NCBI RefSeq assembly: GCF_009914755.1
Contig: NC_060926.1
Source: the human T2T-CHM13v2.0 reference genome, Homo sapiens
Length of the DNA stretch: 64,000 nt
Strand: one strand, 5' to 3'
How positions within the stretch are numbered: position 1 is the first letter of the stretch; every line of letters begins with the position of its first letter. Shown piece after piece: positions 44,250-62,544 of this stretch. Under the pieces are notes generated by a model. The model ran no database searches and was not told the DNA's origin. It worked only from the letters and a program-made list of their open reading frames with translations. The translations under genes were made by a program, and so were the position numbers.

Positions 44250-44605
44250 ATCCTTCCCGACTGGAGGAGCTCGGGTGTAGTCTTTAATTGGGAGATGCGG
44301 GAAAAGGATCATGGTTTTCTTGGCAAAACCCACCTAGAGTAGAACTTTTGTTAAGCTGAACTAGGGGTGAGAAGAAGAAAGAGAGCATGGTATGACTGAA
44401 GAGCTGCAGATTCAAACAGTTCTTACTGAGATGTAGCAGATTTTCTTGAATAAATGTTTCTTCATCGGCTGTGTACCCTAAGAACATTTTCCAGAGACTT
44501 TAAAAAGTTGCTTTGTTTTGTTATGAAGTTCCCTAGTTATGGTTATTTCCCTGACAGGTAAGTCAGCAGAGCTCCTGATGGTGCCATTCCAGACCTGGAA
44601 TTTCC
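44250..44605 (-). mobile_element. Old L1M (L1ME/L1M4-type) 5'-end fragment
   Basis: agattttcttgaataaatgtttcttcatcggctgtgtaccctaagaacattttccagagactttaa ... gagctcct...gccattcc. Confidence 0.65.
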
Positions 44606-45011
44606 AGATAATGTCAGATATCTTTGTACATCTTCACCTCTTTACTACTTGGGAGTGATTGCAGTAACAAGCTACTATGATGGCAAAGAGTAAGGAATTT
44701 GGTTAGAGAGATGCATGGCACTCGTGGGACATCTAACCATGACACCCCCTAAGAATTACTAACAGTGTGATGATCTGAATTGTGATTTCGTTGTCTTCAT
44801 ATTGTTTATCCCTGTGTTATCTGATTCATTTAGTCCATTTTATTTTTCATCTTTGTTACTCCCATTGTGAGGTAACCATGTTGAATATGGGGACTCTTCC
44901 TCTCTCCTTTAATTAATGGTACAGCAAGGGGAACTGCACCTGGAAGCTAGTAGAAGCATTGTACATAATGGTTGACTAACTGACTAGCCTGGTTGTAATT
45001 AAGATAAGGAG

Positions 45012-45283
45012 GGCCGGGTGCGGTGGCTCACGCCTGTCATCCCAACACTTTGGGAGGCTGAGGTGGGCGGATCACAAGGTCAGGAGACCAAGACCATCCT
45101 GGCTAACACAGTGAAACCCCGTCTCTACTAAAAATACAAAACAATTAGCTGGGCATGGTGGTGGGCACATGTAGTCCCAGCTACTCGGGAGGCTGAGGCA
45201 GGAGAATGGCGTGAGCCAAGATGGCGCCACTGCACTCCAGCCTGGGCGACAGAGCGAGACTCCGTCTCAGAAAACAAAAAAAA
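45012..45283 (+). mobile_element. AluY with a 25-nt internal deletion
   Basis: accatcctggctaacacagtg; gaatggcgtga joined directly to gccaagatggcgccactgcac. Confidence 0.95.
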
Positions 45284-46976
45284 GGGAGAAGTGAGTAGAT
45301 TTGAGATATATTTCAAAAATAAAATTGAAACAGCTTAGTGATATATGTTGTATACAAAGAGTCAAGAAGAGGAAGCTGCCAAGGACTTAGGTTAGGGGAC
45401 TCTAGTCACAGAAGTGGAGACCTCTAGCAGCCGCCTAGCATTGGCATGGAAGACAGGGGATCTGAGTTAATGACTTTGGTCTGAGTTTTCTCTCTGAGTC
45501 TTTGTGCTTCATTTTGCATACCTGTAGGTATAGTGTCTGGAGATACAATCTTCAAAATTCCTTCAAATGCTAAGCTTCTTCTACTGAAATAGTGTCGATT
45601 TGTTTTAAGGAAAATGGGTAGTTTGCCATTCATCTTCTTAGACTAAAATATTTTGACGATAGAGATATGTGTACTTAGTATAAAGCCACATGTATCATTA
45701 GTTCAACAGTGAGCAAATAAAAAGACAATAGCATCAGAGTACTAAATACACCTAGTTAGGGTAGTATATTTTGGGAAAATAGGGGGAATAAAAATCAAGC
45801 CTATATAAATAAAATTTTTACTTGACATCTTCTTTAGAAAATCTCAAACCCTTCTTCATAGTAATTGTTACCATGGAATTAAAACAGTAATTTTTATTTT
45901 AAATTATTCAAACGCCCTTTGTATACCAGGTGTAGTCAGTTAAATTATTTTTGTTGTTTTACAAACTACCATTTAAATAACAACTCAATTTCCATTATGT
46001 TTAGCCAAATTCTCTTAAATTTCTATGATGTAAAATTATAAAAATACAATATGAACTGTTAAAGTGTATGACCTTTGCTTATCATACAATTGTTTAGTCT
46101 TCTGTGTTTCTGTATATACTGGTTTTTTTTTTTTTTTTGTAAAAAGGACAACCGATAAGTAGTGTTTATAGTGGTTATTTAGATACTATTGTATTCTTAG
46201 ATAAGATTGTCTTTGTTTAAATATTGCTTTTCTTTAGATAAGATGTACCCGTTGAAGGACACATTTTAACAAAAACAGTGAGATAGAAACTTCAAATGTC
46301 ACGAATTCTAAAATACAGGTTTTTATTTATAGTGGCTGTCTTTTATACGTAGAGCATAGTTTTTTTTAGAGCTTTTTCTGGACTTTCTTGAACTTTATAA
46401 ATTGCTGTTCTTCTGGTTCTTTTGAGGACAAATAAAAGCTTTATTATATTTAGAAGTTCCAGTTTCTCATTCATGGAATATGTATCCTAGAATTCACTCT
46501 CTTCTAGAAGAAATTTTTTATGGGGCTAATCCATTCTAGGCTTATAGCTCATTTCTCACCCTTGGATTACTTTATACTGAACTTATGATTTAGTTCTTAT
46601 TTATTTGATTCTATTCTTTCTTATTTCTCAGATGTCTTTCTATTTATTGGTATACTTCCACACTTAATAGATTGTTTAAATTCAAGATTTCCAAAGCATT
46701 TATATGATATTTACTTTTGCATTAATCAGATTTGCAATGGTCAAATTATTACAGTTGATTAATAGTTTGTAAGGGTATGGAATAATAAATTCAACAGCAT
46801 ATTTCTTTAAACTTCGAACATGATACTCTACTGTCTTCTAATATCCAGAAGTGCAGATGTGAAGCTCAGACATAAAATGTATGTCTTTTAGTAGAAAATA
46901 GACAAACATGTTTTAGTTGAGAAAATATAGACATAATTCGTATCTTTTAGTAGAGAACATAAAAAATAAAAACAAC

Positions 46977-47742
46977 TGTTTATGAAAAGAGTCAACTGTA
47001 AAATATTTGAACACATTTATTCTGGGCCAAGTACGAGTGACCATGGCCCATGACACAGTCCTCCGGAGGTCCTGAGAACATGTGCCCAAGGTGGTTGGGG
47101 CACAGCTCGGTTATATATATTTTAGGAAGGCATGAGACATTGATCAAATACACCTAAGAAATACATTGGTTTGGTTCAGAAAGGTGGGACAACTCGAAGT
47201 GGGGGCTTCCAGGCTATAGGTAAATTTAAACATTTTCTGGTCAGCTATTGGTTGAGTTTGTCTAAAGACCTGGGATCGATAGAAAGGAAGGTTCAGGTTA
47301 AAGATAAAGGATTGTGGAGACCAAGTTTTATTGTGCAGAGGAAGCTCTTAGATAGCAGACTTCAGAGAGAGCAGGTTGTAAATTGTTTTTTTTTATCATA
47401 CTTAAGAGGGTGCCTGGCTCTTAGTTGATGATCTCCTGGATCTGGGAAGGAAGGGAGGAAAACAAAGAACAAAGGGGGTAGGTGATTCTTTGTAGACTGT
47501 GGATTTTTCCCACAAGAGACTTTGCAGGGCAATTTTAAGGTATGGCAAGGTAATATATTATGCAGTTAGATATTTTTTTCCTAGTCTTATAATGTTATGC
47601 CAGAGTCAGATTGAAAAGTAAGTCCCAATATGTAGGGTCAAATAAAACCCATCTGATGAGAATTTATGGCTTGTAGGACACGACCCCCCAGACCTCTCAG
47701 ATAGGAATTTGGGCAAGATAAAAAATCAGAGCTTAATCCTCA
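46977..47742 (-). mobile_element. MER4-group (MER4E-like) ERV1 solo LTR
   Basis: TG...CA ends; gaggtcctgagaacatgtgcccaaggtggttgggg; 4-bp TSD caac (46973-46976 / 47743-47746). Confidence 0.88.
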
Positions 47743-48369
47743 CAACCAATCAACCAACAAAAAGTTCTGAAAGGATCTTCTCTTTATCATTAATGTTCTT
47801 AAATTCTATAAATGTGTCCCTAGATGTGAGTCTTTTACTATTCTTCCTACTCAGTACTTAATAGGTCCTCTTATTATGAATATTTTCAGCTTTCTTCAGC
47901 TTGAAATTTTAAAAACAATAATAATTTAATTAGCTAGTTTATTCCTTTATTTATGCATTCATTCTTTCCCTTGTTGATTTTTTTTTATTCCTGTGAATAA
48001 ATCCATTGGATGGATTTTGGAATTTCTGGTGTTCTTTTTGCTCTTGAATAATTCATCCTCTCTTGCACACACGTGTGCACACATACACATACAAGCTATT
48101 TGCAGGATTTGCTCAAATTTACCTTTCATTTCTTATGGCTTTTACATCTATACACTTTTAATGATAACTTTCTAAAACAAAACAATATCTGTTTTATTCA
48201 ATAACAACTCCTTTTTTCATAGCACCTGAAATTAGTTTCAGGTATACATCATAACTAACCTTGCTGAAAAGAATAATTAAATTAAAAAAAATGTTCTTGC
48301 CTTCTAAAGCTTTTATTTCTTCTAGAGTCAATATTGATACTCACCAAATAATTCAAGTCCTCTACCATC

Positions 48370-48663
48370 TGGGCACTTCCTAGGAATTTTTTATTTAATT
48401 AAGCCTTTTAATGAATATATATCAATAGGTTTGAGACTTGATGTGTTTCCATTCCTGTTTGTGAGTAGGACCATGAAGTTAGTACTAGTCTGTGTAATCT
48501 GATGGGAAGCAACGTGTGTTGCTTCTAGGTAAAGCATTTAATTGTTAGTGCATGGGCCGTTTTATCTTCTGCCATAATAACAAGCCAGATTTAAGATGAC
48601 ATTATTGTCATTTGAAATATCAGAGTTGTTTATTCAGCATAATTTTCCCTATCCTGATTAACA
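48370..48663 (+). mobile_element. Old MLT1 (I/J-like) fragment within decayed L1M sequence
   Basis: gggaagcaacgtgtgttgcttctaggtaaagcatttaattg ... cagcataattttccctatcctgattaaca. Confidence 0.5.
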
Positions 48664-50319
48664 GTCTTTTATTCGTTAGTGTTTTTTTCTTGTACAGTTG
48701 GTTTTTATTCTTAACTCTTTTCAATGATGTACTAGGTTGGTAGTTAACAGAGCTGCTATGAGTTTACCCTCTTGTTATATAAACCTCTTTACACAATAGT
48801 TCTCTATTTTTCCAGAATTGGAGAGTAGATTCTGACTTCCATGTAAATGGGTAGGACATGTCACTACAAGATTTATTCTTGTTTGAGTGGGTGCTCAGCA
48901 ACTAGACACGCAAAGCTAAGCCTCGATACTTAAATAAAGAACATGCTCTGAGTTTCTCAAACTCATTCAATGGCCCTTAATACGTATGAGTGAATAAGCC
49001 AACTTCTTTAGAGTAGTTTTTTAGGATTGTTCTTACAGCTGAATGCTACTGTTACTGTCACTATATTTTTAGATTGTAATGAGGTAGGGGAGGTTTGGAG
49101 GAATTAACTGTCACACTTTCCTCTAAATATTCCTCTAATTAATATCATCTAAAAGACAGCTCATACTTGCCAACTCTCACCTCAGACACTCTGAGGCTCA
49201 GTTCGAGCGGTGACGGTGACTTTCCCACTACATAATGCTGTACTTTTCAGCAGATGTTTTTAACTGTAGTTTTCTGTTCTCTGGGTTGTCCATCAATAAC
49301 ATCTCAAATGAGTTCTGTTTTTAGAAGCCTGTGAATATTATCAGTCTACTGATGTGGCCTGATGTCTGTCCCCAAAACTTCTGATAAGCACTATGATTAT
49401 TATTATTATTGCATTTCTTTACTATTTAATCGAATTTTGAGAGTAAAAGAGGATGATTCTACCTCCCTGAATCAGAAGCCTGTGTGCATCTTATGAATTC
49501 TTCAATTTGTTGTAAATTTGTAAAGATTTTCAACTATAGATTTTGTTGTAACCTTGTGACAAGGAACTTTGGAAAGCTACCATATATTTTTGTCAAATAG
49601 TCTTGCATTGAGCTTTTAAAACAGCTTCATATTATTTCATTTGTTGAAAATCCCAGAAGATAATTTTCAAATGACCATCAATAAAATTTTTCCATTCACT
49701 CACAGTAATGGATGTTGAAAAAGTAAAGTATTAAGGAGCCTGGTGAACATTAAAGAAATCAGGACTATAATGTAGCTGTTGTTGATTGTAGACCTTGCTT
49801 TCTCAACTACTGACGGTGGGAGAGTTCACTTCTCTCTCTGATCTTGTCTTTTATTTTCTATAACTTTAATGGGATTAGATGATTTCAGACTTTTTAAAAA
49901 AATCTGGATCTGGTGTTTCATGATTTCATGATTTTAAGATGCTGATAAATTTTAGTCACTGCTATTCTAATAAGAAGAAAATGTCAATACAGTAGACAAC
50001 CAGAATAGTACACACTTTCAGCTGTTCTTAAATGTGGAAACAAGATTCTAGAACTCACACAGAAGGAGGTTGTTTGCACCTTCTGTCTTTAAACTAGTTT
50101 TTCTCTGTTGTAACTCTTTTAAAAATAGATTTTAGTTGCACAGTTTATTACAAAAATTTTAAAGACTATGAAGATATAGAAAAACATTATGTAGAAGTTA
50201 CTGAAGTGGATTATGCAAGCTGAGTCTAGTCTTAAGTTTTGTACACTGTCTCATTATAAAATCTAAGTGACTTAAAATTAGATAGATAACAGAATTCTTT
50301 CTGATCACTTATGACCGTG

Positions 50320-50715
50320 TTTGTCCCTACTGATTGTTCCCTGATTATCTCATCCTGCTCATGTAGAAGTCACACTGAAATGCTTGAAGTTCCCCAGACT
50401 TGCTGCCCTGTCAAATACACGTCTTAGCACACACTGTTCTCTTTATAGCAATGCTTTATAGGAACACACCTTCTCATCTTTTTAATCAAACCACTCTTTG
50501 CCAAATTATCAAGAAGACATCTCCTTTAGGAAATTCTCCCACCCTCCAACTCAACTCTATCATGAACTGGATAGGTATCCTTCCTTTGCATTCTTTAGTA
50601 CACTGTATTACCTCTACAAAGGAGCTCCATAACAGCAAAAATTGTGTTTGTATGTCTTTTTTTCCTAGCATCTAGTGCAAAGACTGAATATTAACATATT
50701 TTTGTTGCATGGATA
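50320..50715 (+). mobile_element. L2 3' fragment
   Basis: ggagctccataacagcaaaaattgtgtttgtatgtc ... cctagcatctagtgcaaagactga ... tttgttgcatggat. Confidence 0.6.
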
Positions 50716-52622
50716 AGAGTTAATATTTCTATCTACCCTCCCTATTCATCCATCTTCCTCAAAGGGTATGAAATGATGTCTAAAATAAGTAAGTATGTAT
50801 TTACTTATTAAATTTATTTACTTATTAAAAAAAGATAAGTAGCTATTTTCTTTCTTTTTTCTCTTCCATATCCAGGTTCTCATATGACTCTTCCACTTCT
50901 GCTACTACTACTAATGATAGTAACATCTTAATTGAATCTTTCTACTTATCAGAATTGGTCTTTGTGCTGCATCAGCACCTTCTGGCTCCAAGAAAAGTTT
51001 CCATTAATTTATTCATTTCAATCTGGTTGAGATTCTTCGTATTTCCCCTTCAAGATATTGTCTCTCACTCTTTTTTTAAATTTAATTTTATTCCATTCTC
51101 ACTGTTAATATAAGAAAATATAGTTTATTTTTAACAACATGATTGAGGCATAATTGAAATATAATACATTTCAAATATACATCTAAAGCTACCACCACAA
51201 CCAACATAATGAATATAGTGACCACCCTTGTATTAGTCTGTTTCTCACACTGCTGTAACATACCTGAGAGTGGGTAATTTATGGAGAAATGAGGTTTCGT
51301 GGACTCACGGTTCTGTGGGCTGCACAGGAGGCATGGCTGGGGAGGCCTCATGAAACTTACAATCAGGGCAGAAGGCAAAGGGAAAGCAAGCATGTCTTCA
51401 CATGGCAGAGCTGGGGAGGGACAAAGAGTGAAGGGTGAAGTGCTACACATTTTTACACAACTAGACCTCGTGAGAACTCACTCACAATCATAAGAACAGC
51501 AAGGAGGAAATTAGCCCACATGATTCAATCACTTCCTACAAGGTCCTTCCCCCAACATTGGGATTTACCATTTTACATGAGATTTGGGTGAGGATACAGA
51601 GCCAAACCATATCATTCCACTCATGGACCCTCTGAACTCTCATGTCCTTCTCACATTTCAAATCACAATCATGCCTTCCCAACGGTCCCCCAAAGTGTTA
51701 ACTAATTTCAACACTAACTCAAGTGTCCAAATTCCAAATCTCATCTGAGACAAGCCAAGTCCCCTCTACACATGAGCCTGTAAAATCAAAAACATGTTAA
51801 TTACTTCCAAGATACAATGAGGGTACAGGCATTGGGTAAGTGTGTCCATTACAAAAGGGAAAAAGTGACCAAAACAAAGGGGCTACAGACCCCATGTGAT
51901 ACGGTTTGGCTCTGTGTCCCCACCAAAATCTCATCTTGAATTGTACTCCTGTAATTCCCATGTGGGAGAGACACAGTGGGAGATAATTTGAATCATGAGC
52001 ATGCTTTCCCCCATACTGTTCAAGTGATAGTGAATAAGTCTCACAAGAGCTGACGGTTTTATCACGGGTTTCCGCTTTTGCATCTTCCTCATTTTTCTCT
52101 TGCTGCCACCGTGTAGGAAGTACCTTTCCCCTCCTGCCATGATTCTGAGGCCTCCCCAGCCATGCAGAACTGTAAGTCCAATTAAACCACTTTTTCTTCC
52201 CAGTGTCGGGTATGTCTTTATCAGCAGTGTGAAAACAGACTAAAACAGGAAATTGGTACCAGTAGAGTGAGGCATTGCTGAAATGATACCTGAAAATGCA
52301 GAAGCGACTTTGGAACTGGGTATCAGGCAGAGGTTGGAAAAGTTGGGAGGGCTCAGAAGAAGGCAGAAAAATGTAGGATAATTTGGAACCTCCTAGAGAC
52401 TTGCTGAATGGCTTTGACAAAAATGCTGATAGTGATGTCAAAAATAAGGTCCAGGCTGACGTGGTCTCAGATGGAGATGAGGAACTTGTTAGGAACTGGA
52501 GCAAAGGGGACTCTTGTTATGTTTTAGCAAAGAGACTGGTGGCATTTTGCCCCTGCCCTAGAGATTTGTGGACCTTTAAACTTGAGAGAGATGATTTAGG
52601 GCATCTGGTGGAAGAAGTTTCT

Positions 52623-56491
<3,869 letters not shown>

Positions 56492-59400
56492 TCTGGTGGA
56501 AGAAGTTTCTAAGCAGCAAAGCATTCAAAAGGTGACTCGGGTGCTGATAAAAGCATTCAGTTCTAAACTGGAATCAGAGCACACAAATTCAGAGAATTTG
56601 CAGCCTGACAGTGCAGTAGAAAGGAAAAACTTATTTTTTTGAGGAGAAATTGAAGCTGGCTGCAGAAATTTGCATAAGTAACAAGGAACTGAATGTTAAT
56701 CTCCAAGGCAATGGAGAAAATGTCTCCAGGGCATGTCATAGGTCTTCATGGCAGCCCCTCACATCACAGACATGGAAGCCTAGGAGGAAAAAAATGGTTT
56801 TGTGGACTGGACCCAGGGTCCCTGTACTGAGTGCAGTCTAGGGACTTGGTGCCCTGTGTCCCAGCTGCTCCAGCCATAGCTAAAAGGGGCCAAGGTACAG
56901 CTTGGCCCATGGTTTCAGAGGGTGCAATCCCAAACCTTGGCAGCTTCCATATGGTGTCGAGCCTGCCGGTATGCAGAAGTCAAGAATTGACGTTTGGGAA
57001 CCTCCACCTAGATTGCAGAAGATGTATGGAAACACCTGGATACCCAGGTAAATGTTTCCTCCAGGGGTGGGGCCCTCATGGAGAACCTCTGCTAGGGCAG
57101 TGCATAATGGAAATGTGAGGTGGGTGCCCCCAGACAGTCCCTTCTGGGGCACTGCCTAGTGAAGCTGTGAGAAGAGTGCCACTGTCCTCCAGACCCAGAA
57201 TGGTAAATCCACAGACAGCTTGCACCGTGCACCTGGAAAACCTCAGAACACTCAATGGCAGCCTGTGAAAGCAGCCAGGAGCAGGGCTATACCCCTGCAA
57301 AGCCACAGGGGCGGCGCTTCCCAAGACTATTAGAACCTACCTCTTGCATCAACATGACCTGGATGTGAGACAGGGAGTCAAAGATCATTTTAGAGCTTTA
57401 GAATTTGACTGCCCTGCTGGATTTAGGACTTGCATGGACCCTGTAAGCCCTTTGTTTCGGCCAATTTCTCCCATTTGGAATGGCTGTATTTACCCAATGC
57501 CTGTATCCCTGTTGTATCTAGGAAGTAACTAGCTTGCTTTTGATTTTACAGGCTCATAGGCAGAAGGGACTTGCCTTGTCTCAGATGAGACTTTGGACTG
57601 AGGACTTGGGGTTAGTGCTGAAATGAGTTAAGACTTTGGGGGACTGTTGGGAAGGCATGATTGGATTTGAAATGTGAGGACATGAGATTTGGAGGGGCCA
57701 AGGGCAGAATGATATGCTTTGGCTCTGTATCCCCACCCACATCTCATCTTGAAGTGTACTCCTGTAACTCCTATGTGTTGTGGGAGGGACCTGGTGGGAG
57801 ATCATTTGAACATAGGGATGCTTTCCCCAATACTGTTCTTGAGGTAGTGAATAAGTCTCATGAGACCTGATGGTTTTATCACGGGTTTCTGCTTTTGCAT
57901 CTTCCTTATTTTTCTCTTGTCGCCACCATGTAAGGAGAGCCTTTCACCTCCTACCATGATTCTGAGGCCTCCCCAGCCATGTGGAACTGTAAGTCCTATT
58001 AAACCTTTTTTTCTTCCCAGTCTCAGATATGTTTTTATCAGCAGCATGAAAACAGACTAATACATCATGCAAGTCCAAAACCTAGCAGGGCAGTTATTAA
58101 ATCTTAAGGCTCCAAAACAATCTCTTTTGACCCCCTGTCTCACATCCAAGCCACACTGATGCAAGGAGTGGGCTTCTAAGGCCTTGAGCAGCTCTGCTTC
58201 TGTGACTCTGCAGATTATAGCCCCCACAGCTGCTTTCCCTGGCTGGTGTTGAGTGTCTGCTGCTTTTCCAGGTATACGGTGCAAACTATCACTGGATCTA
58301 CCATACTGCATCCTAGAGGACAGTGGCCCTCTTCTCATAGTGCCATTAGGCAGTGGCCCAGTGGTGGACTCTGTGTGGGGACTCCAATCCTACATTTCCC
58401 CTCAACACTGCCTTACCAGAGGTTCTCCATGAGGGCTCCACCCCTGCAGCAAATTTCTGCCTGGAAACCCAGGTGTTTCCATACATCCTCTGAAATCTCA
58501 GTATAGGTTCCCAAAGCTCAACTCATCTTCTGCCCACCTGCAGGTCCAACACCACATGGAAGCCACAAAGGCATGAGGCTTGTACCCTTTGAGGCAATGA
58601 CTCAAGCTGTATCTTGGCCCCATTTAGCCACAGCTGGATCTGGAGCAGCTGGGATGCAGGGTGCCATGTCCTGAGGCTAGACAGAGCAGCAGGGGCCTGG
58701 ACCTGGCCCACAAAACCATTTTTTCCATCTAGGCCTCCAGGCCTGCAATGGAAGGCTGCTGCAAAGGTCTTTGAAATTCCCTGGAGGCATTTTTCCCATT
58801 GTCTTGGCTATTAACCTTCAGATCTTCTTTGCTTATGCAAATTTCTGAAGCTTTGAATTCTTCCCCAGAACATTTCTGTTTGTTTGTTTGTTTCTCCCAC
58901 ATTTCTGGGTTGCATATTTGCTGAGCTTTTATGCTCTGCTTCCCTTTTAAATAGAGGTTCTTCTTTCAGGTAATTTGTTTATGCAAATGAGTGTTGACTT
59001 TTAGAAGCAGCCAGGTCACTTCTTGAACACTTTGCTTCTTAAAAATTTATTCTGCCAGATATTCTAAATCTTCTTTCTCCAAAGTCCCACAGATCTCTAG
59101 ATCAGGGGCATAATGCCGTCAGTCTCTTTGCTAAAGCATAGCGAAAGTGACCTTTACTCTAGTTCATAATAAGTTCCTCATCTCCATCTGAGACCACCTG
59201 AGTCTGGACTTTACTGTCCATACCACTATCAGCTTGTTGGTTACAACCATGCAACAAGTCTTTAGGAAGTTCCAAACTTTCCCTCATCTTCCTGCCTTCT
59301 TCTCATACCTCCCGACTGTTCCAACATCTTCCTGTTACCCAGTTCCATAGTTGCTTACACATTTTCATGTATCTTTATTGCAACACCCCACTTCTCTTGT

Positions 59401-59796
59401 TTTAATTTTCTGTATTAGGCTATTCTCACACTGCCATACAGACATATCTGAGACTGGGTAATTTATGGAGAAAAGAGGTTTAATTGACTTACAGTTCTGT
59501 GGGCTATACAGGAGGTATGGCTGGGGAGGCCTCAGAAAACTTAAAATCATGGTGAAAGGTTCAGGGGAAGCAGGCACAATATCCATATGGCGGAGCAGGA
59601 GAGAATGAGTGAAGGGGGATATGCTACACACTCTTAACTCACTATCGCAAGAACAGCAGGGGGAAGTTTGCCTCCATGATCCAATCATCTCCCACCAGGT
59701 CTCTCCCCCTATTTGGGAATTACAATTCGACATGAGATTTAGTTGGGGACACAGAGGCAAACCATATCAACCCTCAAAAGTTAAAACATTATATTT

Positions 59797-59800
<4 letters not shown>

Positions 59801-59840
<40 letters not shown>
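59801..59840. repeat. (CA)20 microsatellite
   Basis: Read directly from the sequence. Confidence 0.98.
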
Positions 59841-59844
<4 letters not shown>

Positions 59845-62544
59845 AGTGAAATATGCTAGTGATAGATATTATTTCCAGAATAAAATAATACTAAGAAAAA
59901 CAGGTTAGGTCTCTGTGCAAGCATTAAATATGACAGCTCTGATGATAGACTCGGGACATTCACAATCAGTGTGATGTATAAAAGTGACTGAATCTGTCAG
60001 AATCTGTTTACTCAGCCACAAAATCTATATACTGGTAGTACTTACCTTGAGTTCATAATGTAGATTAAATGAGGTGTTGCCTGGTAAATCTTCACCATCG
60101 AAAGCACTTAGAATCACCTAACACATTTAATGATGACCCTCCACCCCAAATATGCTGAGTAATAGGGAAAAAAGGAATGAAAGAGAGTGGATCAATTGGC
60201 AGAAAACCTATATCACCCCAGAGCCCATGGCTACTCCCTAGAATCCCATCTGAACCCATTCGGGAGGTGTGGTGAGGTGCCTCCTTTTAAACACATTTTT
60301 TTTTTTTTAGTAACCAAAAGATAAACTCTTAATAGAGATATTATTATACATTTTTATATCTTAATTATTGTGATCATTACAGACACATATTGGACCTACC
60401 CTGCCTAATATTAGAATCTGTGTGGCTTTCAACACTGTCTCTGATTTATTTATTGAAAGAAATACAAGTAATATGTATTTTGAAAGGTTTGTACCAAAAT
60501 TAACTCCTTCAGTTCAAATTTTGTGCTGTCACTAAAATAATACAGCAGAGTGCATTATTTTGCACTGAATTATGTAACGAAGACTTCCCTCTTTTCTTTG
60601 TGACCATTACGTCTAGAGGGCCATCTACCACCCTGATGTCTCTGTATTAGACAGCTGAGTGGTTTCCCTGAATTATTTTTACCATTATATTTCTTGAAAA
60701 TCTCTGTGGACAGTTTTCAACAGACCACATTTAATGGTAAATGAATCTCTGAGGGAGAAGAGAGGAAGAGGGAAAGTCGTTTGATAAATAAAAAATAAAG
60801 TGATGCTTTCTATCTTCAACTCTACACTGTTTTTCCATGTAGATATGGTAGACGGAATTATAAAATGACCTAAGAGACATTACTTATTTGTGATGGCAGG
60901 TGAGAGCAGACGTGATGAGAAGGAAAAGCAAGAGTGATAACTTAAAGCGTGGGAATTCAGGTAGGGAGTTTAGAGGGTGAGTTGAACTTAGGAAGGGCTA
61001 AGAATAAAATATCGCTCGTGGTGATTTCGTCTACTGAACATAATATATAAATACGTGCCAAGTTATTAAACATAAACATATATGAGTATGTTATGAGTGA
61101 TTCTTTTTGATCCTTCAACATTTTTGTATTTTTCAAATTTTCTAAAATGCTATTATTGTGAAAAAAATTATACGCAACCTCTTGCTTAAAATACCTTAGA
61201 AACAATTTCACACCCAATTTAACTTTAAACTAGCCTTAACTTTACAGAGAAAAAATAATTTTAAAAATGTAGAGTTTAAAAAGAAGCCCTCTCTTATTTC
61301 ATTAACTATGAAAATTTATTAGAATACATTGTCATATAATTTCTAGTCTAGAAAGGACATCGAGGGGTCATCTACTTCATTTCCTTATCATCACACAAGA
61401 TGCCTCTTAAATTATCCAAGAAAGATTAGAATCCATCCCATTTTAGACCTTTTGAGAACTTGCCATGTCTTTGCTGGCACTTTTTAGCACTTAATAATGT
61501 TTTGCTGACAGAATATTTTAAATTCTGTATTTAATGGTAACCTGGAAAAAGAAGTTTTGAAAGACTGATTTGGAAAGCAGAGAATACTCTTAGCACTGAA
61601 ACACAATCTCTGAATTGTTTTTATCCTTCAAAATCAAGTGAAATTACTACAAAGACTGAATGATTTCTATCTCCTTAAGAACAGTTTTTCTTCCATTAAG
61701 GAAGTGTCCTCTAATTCAGCAATGCTTGCTTCCCACGGGATTAGCATTGTCACTGGGAGGAGCATGGGAAACCCATGGGGCAGGACCATTGACCATGCAG
61801 CAAGCATTTGCCAGTCTCAGTACTAGGCTCTTTTGGCATGCATTTATTTTGTTCTCAAAACACATGCTAGCCTATATGTTTTTAATCCCATTCTACAAAC
61901 TACTCAGCCAAGCACCTATGTGATCTTCAGCTTCCTTTGTAGGAAATACTTCCATAGTGGCCTCTGGTCAAGAGAGAATCAAAAGGAGTTAACTCACCAC
62001 AGAGCTCATAGTGTTCCTTACATAATATGACTTTCCCAGTGGCCACGTGTGCTCATAATGGTCTCAGTCTAAAACTGGCAGAAATTATGCATCTGTCAAC
62101 ACCTGGCTAAATACAGCTTCTTCTCTGTGGCACCTTTACTAAATGTTCTCACCACCCTGAAAATGTCTTTATTTGGGCCATCCTCAAATATGTAATTCTA
62201 ATTTACGGACTGTAACAATGAACCTAAATTCTTTTTTGAGAGCTGGGGCTACCAAATATATACTTGTGACTTTAGAACCATAAACATATTTGATATTCGA
62301 TGGATGGATTATGAGTGATTTTTTTCATCCTTCAACATTTTTGTATTATTCAAATTTTCTAAAATACTTTGTATTACTTGTGAAATAAAAAAAAAAATTA
62401 TATGCAAGTTGAATAAATGACATGAGAAAGAGAAAAGTAGCCCATGATGGCCCAGGGTAGGCCTGGAACTCATACATTGGCTTTGTTGTATTCCAATGGA
62501 TATGATTCCACAGAACACCAATATCAGACAAGGGCACTCAGTGA

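Noticed and set aside
45420-45445. CTCF-like motif
   Set aside because: Needs an insertion to fit the consensus; not supportable by eye
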